Notes under the pieces: model-generated
What the model was told of the DNA's origin: nothing
What the model saw: the letters and a program-made list of their open reading frames with translations, nothing else
Database searches by the model: none
NCBI GenBank assembly: GCA_964417715.1
Contig: CAYQJG010000003.1
Location: 48,370 to 112,369, forward strand
From: an uncultured Lentisphaerales bacterium
GTDB lineage: Bacteria; Verrucomicrobiota; Kiritimatiellia; RFP12; CAYQJG01
Direction of reading: 5' to 3'
DNA length: 64,000 nucleotides
Shown: one piece after another, positions 29,016 to 38,200 of the stretch
How the letters are laid out: every line of letters begins with the position of its first letter
Position numbering within the stretch: the stretch's first letter is position 1
Position numbers and translations under genes: made by a program

Positions 29016-29816
29016 CTAGTTCTTGGCGGACAACGAGCCGGACAAGTCGGCCGCACACTGCTGCATCTTGGCGGCCAGGGCCTTGATTGTTTCGGACGAA
29101 CAGCGGAAGGCGGGCGCGTAGAGCCCGAGTACCCCCCACGCGGAACCGTCGACGCCTGTGACCGGGCAGGCCAGACCGATCAACCCGTACTCGGGCGTGG
29201 TGGCCATGCAGCCGCCCTCCTCGCGCAACTTGGCCAGCGCCGACCGCAGGGCCGCCGGAGTCGCGATGTTGTCCCAGGCAACGCCCGGCATGCCGTGCCG
29301 GACGACGATCTGCTCCAATTCTTCAGCGGTCGCGTGAGCCGCGAGGGCGCGGCCCGTGGCGCGAGAGAAGAAGGGCAGGTCCTCGATGGTCGCGTGCGAC
29401 ACCCGAATGGCCTGCGCGCTGTCCACGCGGGCTACCACCACGCGTTCGCCGTTCATCAACACGGTCAGCAGGCAGCCTTCGCCGGTCTCGTCGGTAAGTT
29501 GCTGCAGCCGGCGCTGAACGGCATCGTGAACCGCGGGGGCCTCGAGGCGGTTCAGGCGTCCCATCTGCCGGCATTTCACGCCCTGCACATACAGCCCGTG
29601 GCCGTTCTTGCGCACGTAGCCGCAAGCCACCATGGTCTTAAGCAGGTTGTGTGCGGTGTTGGACGGTATGCCCATCCGTTGCGCCAGCCCGGCCAGCGAC
29701 GCATCCACCTCGTGAAGGTCCGCCTCGATAATCAAGTCCAGGATGTCGAGCGCCTTCTTGAGCGAACGCACCGGTACTGTCTTGGCCGCAGCGGCCTCTC
29801 TCGCTTTGCTCTTCAA
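29016..29816 (-). CDS. IclR-family transcriptional regulator
   Basis: VRSLKKALDIL...TAHNLLKTM HTH; LTDETGE; ATGRALAA. The TTG start is a best guess. Confidence 0.88.
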   Translation of the reverse strand: MKSKAREAAAAKTVPVRSLKKALDILDLIIEADLHEVDASLAGLAQRMGIPSNTAHNLLKTMVACGYVRKNGHGLYVQGVKCRQMGRLNRLEAPAVHDAVQRRLQQLTDETGEGCLLTVLMNGERVVVARVDSAQAIRVSHATIEDLPFFSRATGRALAAHATAEELEQIVVRHGMPGVAWDNIATPAALRSALAKLREEGGCMATTPEYGLIGLACPVTGVDGSAWGVLGLYAPAFRCSSETIKALAAKMQQCAADLSGSLSAKN

Positions 29817-29908
29817 ACCGGCGCCCTTTCCATGGGATTCCTCACCGGACGCGCGCGGTGGCAGCCCGTCTCCGCCATCGCCACAGACAATCCATAACCT
29901 GGAATTGC

Positions 29909-29951
29909 TTCCGTAATGTGGAATATACAACAGACGGCATGACGGCGTCAA
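29909..29951 (-). promoter_or_regulatory. Sigma70-like promoter with an overlapping IclR-type palindrome
   Basis: TTGACG-18-TATATT on the minus strand; TTCCGTAATGTGGAA at 29909-29923. Confidence 0.6.
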
Positions 29952-30201
29952 CTGGATAGTCGACGGCAGTGCGGGTGTCGAGGTCAAGGAACTGACCCGC
30001 ATGGAAGACGGTGTCGGCGCGGGCCTTCAAAGCCGGTGGATGTCATCGACCTCGGCCGCGCAGGTAAGTTCTCCGACATCGTACGGCGCGCAGGTGTATT
30101 GCTCTATCTTCACGGGTAGTGTTCCCGGTTCAGAAACAGCCTGGCGCCGGTGCCCCAGGTGAGCATGTGTGATGATCCTCTTGATCCGCAGCCGGATGCA
30201 A

Positions 30202-31710
30202 CTATGCCGGCGTCTGCTGTCGCCCCGCCCCGTCAACGGGTGGCGGCCGGAAGGATTCGCTGCCGCCCAGCCGTTTCCATTCGCGGTACAGCGCAAAGTA
30301 GCAGACCAGTCCCAGCGCTTGAAACGAGATGCCCCAGATGAAGCCGAGGCGCAGGGCGTAGGAGCCGAAGTGGAGTTCCAGCGTGCGCATCAGCCATCCA
30401 GCCAGCGCGCTCCCAAGGATACCGGCAAAGATCATCCGCAGCATGGATTGTGCGGCCGCGAACTGGCCGTACCGTTCGCGGGGCAGAATGGTCATGGCCA
30501 GCGGCCCTTCCGCCATGCCCATGATGACCAGGATCGGCAGGTTGATGAGATTGCGGGCGATTTCGATGTAGAGGTACGTCTTGGGCGACAACCCGGGAAT
30601 CAGGAAAAGCAGGGCGATCGGCGACGAGGCCACCAGCAAGACCAGCGAGAAGACCATCAGCGGCAGCGGCTTGTAACGATCGCCGTACTTGGCTGTTGCC
30701 AGGGTTAGGATCAGGCTGACGAAACCCGTCACCGCCCCGATCTTGCCGAGAACCTTCAGGTCCATGCCCAAGTCGACGCGCATCGGGTTCTGAAACTGCC
30801 CCATCTGATAGCTCATCCACATGGTCACGCAGACAGCGAAGTAGAGGACATAGAAGCGATGGCTGAAACACTCCTTTGTCAGCGTCTTCATGGTCCCCAG
30901 CATCTTCTGCAGAAACCCGTCGCCCTCGGCCAGGGGCGGTGGCGGCGGATAGTCGGGTTCCTTGACCTTCAGCAGGGCGAAGGCGCCGGCAACCATGTAG
31001 AAGACGGCGGCGCCGACCAGGATCAGTTTGGGATACCAGAAGTTCGGATTATGGTAGTGGATGAACCCCCAGTCGATGTTGAGCGGCCCCCACTTGTTGG
31101 AGTAGCCGAAGATGAACCAACTGTACACCATGCCGGCCAGTGTGCTGACCACGCGCATGTAGGCCGAGAAGCTGATGAAGTGCGACTCCGGAACCACGTC
31201 GTTGAACAGGTAGTAGAAGGTGGTGCCGAGGAACATATTCGAAACCGTGAACATCAGGAACAGGATGCCGAAGGTCCAGATCGTGACCACATCCAGCGTC
31301 TGCGCCGGCGCGAACACCTGCTGCGCCCAACCGGCGATCTCGTTGCCGAACCCCATCACCGCCAGACAGCCGCAGGCCAGCGGCGCGCCGAAGATGAGGA
31401 AGGGAATGCGCCGTCCAAACCGGCTGCGATAGCGGTCCGACTTGATGCTGATGACCGGATTGAGGATGAAGTTGATGATGCTCGGGCCGGTGACCGTGAA
31501 CAACGTGAACAACAGCGAATCGGTGCGCAAGTCGTTCTTGAGCCGGAACTGGATGATCGGGTACAGCACGGTCTCCATCAGCGTGAAGCAGAAATCAAAC
31601 CAGAGCAGCCAGAAGAAGAGCGCGTACAGGCCGCGCTTGGTGTAGACCAGATTGCCGACGCGATGGATCTCGCCTGCCGCCACGCTGCTCGAACCGTCGG
31701 GGCTATTCAT
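30202..31710 (-). CDS. MFS transporter (GPH-like sugar porter)
   Basis: About 12 hydrophobic segments; SDRYRSRFGRRIPF motif; FNDVVP. Confidence 0.88.
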   Translation of the reverse strand: MNSPDGSSSVAAGEIHRVGNLVYTKRGLYALFFWLLWFDFCFTLMETVLYPIIQFRLKNDLRTDSLLFTLFTVTGPSIINFILNPVISIKSDRYRSRFGRRIPFLIFGAPLACGCLAVMGFGNEIAGWAQQVFAPAQTLDVVTIWTFGILFLMFTVSNMFLGTTFYYLFNDVVPESHFISFSAYMRVVSTLAGMVYSWFIFGYSNKWGPLNIDWGFIHYHNPNFWYPKLILVGAAVFYMVAGAFALLKVKEPDYPPPPPLAEGDGFLQKMLGTMKTLTKECFSHRFYVLYFAVCVTMWMSYQMGQFQNPMRVDLGMDLKVLGKIGAVTGFVSLILTLATAKYGDRYKPLPLMVFSLVLLVASSPIALLFLIPGLSPKTYLYIEIARNLINLPILVIMGMAEGPLAMTILPRERYGQFAAAQSMLRMIFAGILGSALAGWLMRTLELHFGSYALRLGFIWGISFQALGLVCYFALYREWKRLGGSESFRPPPVDGAGRQQTPA

Positions 31711-31746
31711 GGTGTCAGTGGTTCCTTCGCCCGGATGACCGCCGGC

Positions 31747-33129
31747 TCACTCAACAGTGACCGGCTGCAGCGGGGTCCATCCGTCGGAGTAGCGTTCCTT
31801 GACTGCGAACTTGACGATGATGCGCTGGGTGCGGGGGTCGATGATGCCCGCCGACAGGTCGGCCCGCCCGCGGGGGAAATCCCGTGGGATGTTCAGCCGG
31901 ACATCCACCCAGTTGTCCCCCGGCAACCACGTGCGGATGTCGTCGGCCAGCGGGAAGATGGCGACATGCTCGTCGTGCCGCAGCCTCAGGGCGAACTGGT
32001 ACGGCCGGTAGATCGGCGCGACGCCGACGTTGTCGATCCAGAACTGGATGTCCAGGGGACCGCCCGGCCTGAGGTCCAGGTTGAATATAGCCTGCCGCAG
32101 TACGAAGCGATAGCCCAGGCGCTGGCAGAAGGCCGACAGCTTGTCCATCCACGCATCCGGCAGCCGGGTGCTCTTGGGCATGAAGTACGTCGCGTGAAAC
32201 TTGAGCCCCTGCTCAAGGATGAAGTCGATGTCGTAGCCCTGGTCGTGCCAGTACAGCGGCACCCAGCCGACCTCCAGGTGCACCGGGGCCTTCTGCCAGG
32301 CATCGCGTGCAAACTTGCAGATCGATCGCGGATAGCAGTTGTAGTGGTGATTCCACGAAGTGTGCTTGGGGATGAACTCGTTGCCGCCGTTGCCCAGGTC
32401 GCCGAAGCTGTCGACGCGCCAGCCTGTGCCGGCGGCCATGCCGGCGATCATCTGCTCATCGCTGATCGCGCACAGCCGCGGCGTGGTCGGCCAGGCATCC
32501 CTCCATAACTGATGGAACTCGTGGTGGCGATCCTGGGTGCAGTCGCCGGCGCCCTCGCCCCACGGGCCGGCGTAGGAGACGTCGATGGTGTCGATCAGCG
32601 GATGACCGTCGTAGCGCCGACCGGCCTCGCGGATGAACCCGCCCCACCGCTCGATGTACTCCTTCGAACTGTGCAGCGGGCAGTCAATCTCGCTGTAGTG
32701 GATCTTCTTTTGCGTCGGGTATTTCGCGACGTACCAGTCCGGCAGTTGCGGCTGGCGGGCCGGGCCGAACGGCATCAGGCGGATCGCGACGCTCTGCCCA
32801 CGGCTCTGGGCCAACTGGAGCGACTTGTCGAGCACCGAAAAGTCAAACCGGCCATCCTCCGGCTCCATCAGCCGCCAGAACCATCGCAAGTACGCAACGG
32901 TGGTCGGCAGGTAGCCGGGCGTCACGAGCTTGCCGGCCGGGAGGAACTCGTAGCCGGTCGGGTTGGTGGACGCGAGCGACGGAAACTCCGTCGGCCCTTC
33001 CTCCGACCACGTCATGCCGGGATAGAGCGGGTCGCCGTTGAACCGCTGGAACGTGCAGCAGCCCTCGTGCGGGTTGGCGAGGTATTCGTTGGACGGCGTG
33101 GGACGGATCTTGGCATGGAGTTCGGGCAT
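31747..33129 (-). CDS. DUF4832-type protein with GH-A-like TIM barrel (beta-galactosidase-like)
   Basis: LANP, AYLRWFWRLMEPEDGRFDF, GPWGEG, RLGYRF and NVGVAPIY motifs. Confidence 0.7.
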   Translation of the reverse strand: MPELHAKIRPTPSNEYLANPHEGCCTFQRFNGDPLYPGMTWSEEGPTEFPSLASTNPTGYEFLPAGKLVTPGYLPTTVAYLRWFWRLMEPEDGRFDFSVLDKSLQLAQSRGQSVAIRLMPFGPARQPQLPDWYVAKYPTQKKIHYSEIDCPLHSSKEYIERWGGFIREAGRRYDGHPLIDTIDVSYAGPWGEGAGDCTQDRHHEFHQLWRDAWPTTPRLCAISDEQMIAGMAAGTGWRVDSFGDLGNGGNEFIPKHTSWNHHYNCYPRSICKFARDAWQKAPVHLEVGWVPLYWHDQGYDIDFILEQGLKFHATYFMPKSTRLPDAWMDKLSAFCQRLGYRFVLRQAIFNLDLRPGGPLDIQFWIDNVGVAPIYRPYQFALRLRHDEHVAIFPLADDIRTWLPGDNWVDVRLNIPRDFPRGRADLSAGIIDPRTQRIIVKFAVKERYSDGWTPLQPVTVE

Positions 33130-33144
33130 ACGTGCTTTCACTGG

Positions 33145-35253
33145 TTAAGGGGACGACTGGGTGGCTGTGGCGGGCAGATTCCACTGCGAATCGAAGCTGC
33201 CGCTGGCGATCGGGAACGCCCAGATCCGCTCGGGCCAGTGTTTCTGGGGCTCGATCACAAGCCAGTCGCCTAAGTAGCACAGCTCGATCGAAACGTGGGT
33301 GATGCCCAAGGCGTCGCACTTGCCCATGACTTCGGGCACCAGCAGCACGTACCGCTGCGGGTTCAGGGGGTTGGGGTAGATCATCATCAGGCCCTGAGCC
33401 GAGTTCTTGTACGACTTGCCGCCAATTTCGAAGCCCTCGCCCGTGTATTTCACCGGCAGCTTGTCGACCAGACGCGCCAGCAGCTTGTTCTTCGACGGGT
33501 CGCCGAAGATCACCAGGTTCCGCTGGGCGATGTCCGCGTCGCTGACGTCCGCGTCGGCCTTGCGGTCGAAACCCGTATGCATGATCTCATAGCCGTCACC
33601 GGGGCCGAAGTAGTAGCGGACGAAGTTGTCGATCTGCTTGCCCCCGTCGGCTGCGTCGGCGTTCTGCGTGGCGTACACCATCAGCACGGGATGTTCCATG
33701 AACGCATCCGAGATGGGCCCAGAGAGGCCATGCTTCTTGATCAACCCATCGGGATAGCGCTTGTCAGTTCGAGACCACTTGCCCGCATCCTGCGCGAAGT
33801 AAACGATGCCGCCGGCGGGGACGACGAGCGGCGCGCCCCCGTCGATGGCGACCTTTACGTCTTTGGCGTCGCCCACAAGTTCTTTGGCCAGGTTCAGGTG
33901 GAATCGCGTGACGTTCTGCAACGCGACCTTGATCGGCCCGGCCTCGCGTGCGTCGGCCGTGATCTTGGCGGCCGTCGCCGGATCACCCACGGTGTCTATC
34001 GCAACCCAATATGCGCCGTCATATCGCAGGCAATCGGTCTTGTAGACCGCCAGCTTTGGCCAGAGGTTGCGGGGTTTCTGCTGGGACAACCATTCTTTGC
34101 TCGCCTGTACGATTTTTTCGTCGAGGTTTTCATGGCCCTTGCCCGGATCGATCCATTGCTTATTCAGGTAGTACCCGGGGAACTCCCTGGCCAGGCGGTC
34201 CAGTTCGGCCATGAAAGGCCCGACGACTTTCAAGTACCCGTCCAAGCCGCCGATGGAGATCGCCAGCGGCACGTTGGCGAAGTTGTCGACCAGGCGGCCC
34301 GGGTCGAAGACGATCTTCTTAGGCCACGCGTAGACTCCACCTGCACTGAGGCCCGCCCACGCGAACACATCCGGGTGCAGGGCGGCCAGGCGGCCGAGGC
34401 CGTCAGCGCCCATGCTCCCGCCAACGCCGGTCACGAGGTCATCATCGACCGAGTACGTCTTCTTGACGTGCTCGACGACCTGCATAACGGCCGCCTCGCC
34501 CATCCAGGCGTAGTCGTTGTTGCCGCGCCCGCAGGGATGGACCCAGATGCTCTGGCCCTTCCACTGGCTGTAATTGGCGTGCCCCCAGTAGAGCGATGCG
34601 GCTTGGTCGGGCAGGTTCTTCGCATGGGCGGGCCGGCCCACGACCCCGGTCGCCTGCCACAGCACCCCGTTCCCGCTGTGGAGACGGATTTCCAAGGGGT
34701 ACTTCTTCTGGGGCAAGTAGTCCTTCGGCAGCCAGTACTCGTACCACAGCAGCTGACCGTCGATCGGCGAGCGTACGGTGCGCATGCCGTAGATCATGTC
34801 CTTGTAGGGGTCGGTGCCGTCCTTGGCGCATCGCAGGTAATACTCCAGACCCTCCTGCCACTCCTCGAGGCACTTCTGTCGCATCCGGATCGACATGCGT
34901 GTCAGGTGGCTCACGGCCGTGTTGTGGATCCCCCGGTTGAGGAAGTCCTCCTGGGCCGGTGCCGGGCCATCGGCGAAGTCCATCAGCCGCCTGGCGGATC
35001 GCACGGCCAATATCCTCAGGCGAGCGCCGTCAACGGCGTCCTGAACCTTCGGATCATTGGACTCCAGAAACGGCTTGATGTCGGCCTCGACCTGATCGGC
35101 CAGCTTCTCCAGCGCGGGCAGGCGCTGGGCAAGCTCCGGGTTCTTGGACGGTTGCGCGGCGGTGGCGGGTGCGTCGGCCCCAGCAGCCAGGCACGACGCC
35201 ACGACAAAGGTCATCGCCACAACGCGGGCGGGCTGTGTAAAACTGTTCTTCAT
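33145..35253 (-). CDS. Secreted alpha/beta hydrolase (esterase/peptidase S9-like)
   Basis: Signal peptide; RSPIDG...LPKDY...KYPLEIRLH; GGSMG nucleophile elbow; GGLD; KGH; YPNPLNP C-terminal domain. Confidence 0.8.
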   Translation of the reverse strand: MKNSFTQPARVVAMTFVVASCLAAGADAPATAAQPSKNPELAQRLPALEKLADQVEADIKPFLESNDPKVQDAVDGARLRILAVRSARRLMDFADGPAPAQEDFLNRGIHNTAVSHLTRMSIRMRQKCLEEWQEGLEYYLRCAKDGTDPYKDMIYGMRTVRSPIDGQLLWYEYWLPKDYLPQKKYPLEIRLHSGNGVLWQATGVVGRPAHAKNLPDQAASLYWGHANYSQWKGQSIWVHPCGRGNNDYAWMGEAAVMQVVEHVKKTYSVDDDLVTGVGGSMGADGLGRLAALHPDVFAWAGLSAGGVYAWPKKIVFDPGRLVDNFANVPLAISIGGLDGYLKVVGPFMAELDRLAREFPGYYLNKQWIDPGKGHENLDEKIVQASKEWLSQQKPRNLWPKLAVYKTDCLRYDGAYWVAIDTVGDPATAAKITADAREAGPIKVALQNVTRFHLNLAKELVGDAKDVKVAIDGGAPLVVPAGGIVYFAQDAGKWSRTDKRYPDGLIKKHGLSGPISDAFMEHPVLMVYATQNADAADGGKQIDNFVRYYFGPGDGYEIMHTGFDRKADADVSDADIAQRNLVIFGDPSKNKLLARLVDKLPVKYTGEGFEIGGKSYKNSAQGLMMIYPNPLNPQRYVLLVPEVMGKCDALGITHVSIELCYLGDWLVIEPQKHWPERIWAFPIASGSFDSQWNLPATATQSSP

Positions 35254-35269
35254 GTTTGTCTCTCCGGAT

Positions 35270-38200
35270 TCGGCAGGTTTCTATTTTGACAGTTCATGGA
35301 TCAACCGTGTTGCGCGTTCGCGGAGCGAGGCGAAATCCGCCGGTTTGGCCAATGCCTTGTAGTTCACATAAGGGTCGTCTTCCAGCGAGCATGCCTTGTC
35401 CATCTCAGAGAGAAAAACCTCCGCTTCGGTCACGGCGGCGGGGTTGGCACCCTTCTTTCTGGCCGCGTCGAGGCGCGATCTGACCGTCTGCAGGTAGCGA
35501 TAGTCGTTGATCCCCATGCTGATCTGCTCCAGCCACACCGTCGTGTTGACGCCATCCTTGCTTGGGTAGACGACGCCCCAGGAGCCTTCATGGTCGGACA
35601 TGTCGTAGTAGGGCACGGTATTGACGTAGTAGAATCCGCCGGTGATGCCATCGAGGCCGCGCTGACGCGCCATGAACAACCACCGCCCATACAAATGGCG
35701 GAAGTTCAAGAAGTTGATGTAGGCCGGATTCGTGTAAAGCCAGACCTGGTTGCCGGCATCGTGGATGCTCTTGAGGATCGGCTCGGTCACGATGTTCATG
35801 ATCGACAGTTGCAGCAGGGGGTAGAAACGGTCCCGCGGGCTGCCGGGACCGGCCGGCGCGTAGTATCCGCTGAACTTGGTGCCGGGAGCGCTCTTGACGT
35901 GCTGTTCGATCAGTTGCCGGGTCCATTCAACCGCCTCACCGCCGACCTCATTGACCTTATAATACGCGCGCGGGGGCCAGTTCTTCTCTTTGGCGTGCCG
36001 CTCGACCTCCGCGTACACCGTCTTGAGCACGTCTGGGAAGCTCATGCCGTAGGCGCTCCTGGCCTTCTGCTCGTTTACGGCCATCGCGTCTGCGGAAACA
36101 CCACGATCCACGTTAAAGCCCATATTTACGTCGAATTCCGTGAAACTGTCGCCGAGTTCGGTCAACCCATGCTTGCGGGCCAGTTCCATCCATCGGTCGG
36201 CGTCGGCGAAGTCGATGTCGGCGCGGCCGTCCTTAATGCCATTGAGCTTCATGCCTGGGCCGCCTGTGAGGGCGTTGAACCCGTGCTCGGCCTGCATCGC
36301 CATGCTCTTGTCACTGACATCCCACCACAGTTCCGCGGACTCAGGATACGGCTGGCGCCAGAAACCGGCGCCGGTGCCCATGCCGCTGATGGAGATATCA
36401 TCCACCGGATCGAGTGCGAACGCGCTTACCGTCACACGCAGCGGCATGTCGAGCACCTTGTCGCCGAACTTGAGCTTCAGGCTGCCCGTATACTGCCCGG
36501 CCTTTGACTTCTCGGGGACTTTGACCGCGATCCAGAGCGGCCGGGTGAAGCCCGGCGTGAGTTCCAGCGTCTGGAACTTCTGGAGCACGAGGGGCATAAG
36601 CTGCATGTCGGAGCCGAAGCCAAACCGCTTGAAATAGTGCCGAACCTTACTGATGTCGATGGCGGCGGCCGGGATCTTCGCATCGCCCGGCCCTTTGAGG
36701 TCGCCGCAAACGACGGACAGATCCTTGACGGCGGCCAGGGGGTAAAGACCCAGTTGAATCGAGGTCCGCTCGCCCTGGGCGGCATGGATCGCCAGTGCCG
36801 CTCCGCGTTCCTGCGCGGCGGGCACGGATCGGCAGTCGAGGTTGGCATCCGCATTACGCCCGAAGGCGATGAAGCCGCGAGCCTTCTCCTCGGCCGTCGG
36901 CTCTGGGGCCGTGCCGTCGGCGACCGGGTAGCCCAGGTTCATCCTGGCTTCGAACACCTCTTTGCGGATGGAGTCCATGTCCTTCATGTAGGCAGCGCCT
37001 TCCGCGGCCTTGTCCTTGGGATAGACCACGAGGAAAGACATGCCGCTGACGCCGGCGACGTTATACTCGACCGTCAGTTTGCCGTCGTCTCCGACGGTGG
37101 CCTCAAATTCCCGCACCGGGCTGATGCGGTGGACGCGGTCGTTCCACAGATCGGTCGCGGGGGTATCCTCGTCATCCTCAAACATGCAGTACCGATCCCT
37201 CAGAAATGCCTTGTAGTCCATCGTCTCGCTGAGGACCTCCTTGTCGCACAGCTTGAGGCTTCGCGTGGTGAACTGGCATGTCCAGGCCCACTGATTGATG
37301 GGGTCGATGCAGGTCTGTACGATGTACTGGCCCGGCTTGAGCTTCACTGCAAATTTGCCATTCGCAACCGCGTTGCCCAACAGGTCCGGATTGCATAACG
37401 ACGAGATGTATGGCCATGGACCTCTCTCCCAGCCGAATTCGGTCTTGTCCGAATAGGGCGGGGTCTTGTCCGTGACGGCTGTGCATCCGAAGAATGAGCC
37501 CGTTTGGTGGGCGCGTCCGAAATTGAACGCCTTGAGGCCTTCCACCTTGGGCAATTCCACGCCGGAGTGTTCGGCCCGGATATTGTCGACGTAGAAGACG
37601 ATCGGCGGATCCCACTTCCCACTGTTCAGGCCGACGAAGAACGATATCTGCTGGAGCGCTGCGGAGTCCAGGACGTACGACCCCTCGCCCGGCCACTGTA
37701 GTTCCAGTGCCTGCAAGCTGAGCCGAATGGTGCTCTGGCCCGGAGGCATGAAGTTGTAGTCCTTCGCGTAGCGGTTCTTCTTCTCGTCCAACACGTTCAC
37801 GTAGTACTGGATGGGGAAGGGCGACGGGTTGAACACGTCGACCGCCAACGTTCGGTAATCGGCCAGCTTCTTCAACATGGCCGCATCATTCATCCCCACG
37901 CCTATCCAATTGCCCGGCGTAGCGATCTTCAGCGAGTGCTGGCCGCTGGTGACGTGCTCGGTGCTGATCGTCTTGAACCCGTCCTGCGAATACAGTTTCT
38001 GCTCGGCGTCGGTCTCAAAATCGACCAATACGAGCTTGCGTGGCTCCGCCAGCAGAAGTCCCGGCAGACACAGTCCGCACAAGATGGTAACCAGAACGCG
38101 ATATGACATTTCTTTTTTTCCTTGTTCGATTGATGGCCTGCGCCATCGCAGACCGAAAGTCGGCAGGTTTCTATTTCGACAGTTCATGGATCAACCGTGT

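Noticed and set aside
30027-30296. 89-aa ORF between the MFS and iclR genes
   Set aside because: Overlaps the MFS 3' end and has no clear RBS or motif; it may contain a gene relic but I cannot support that
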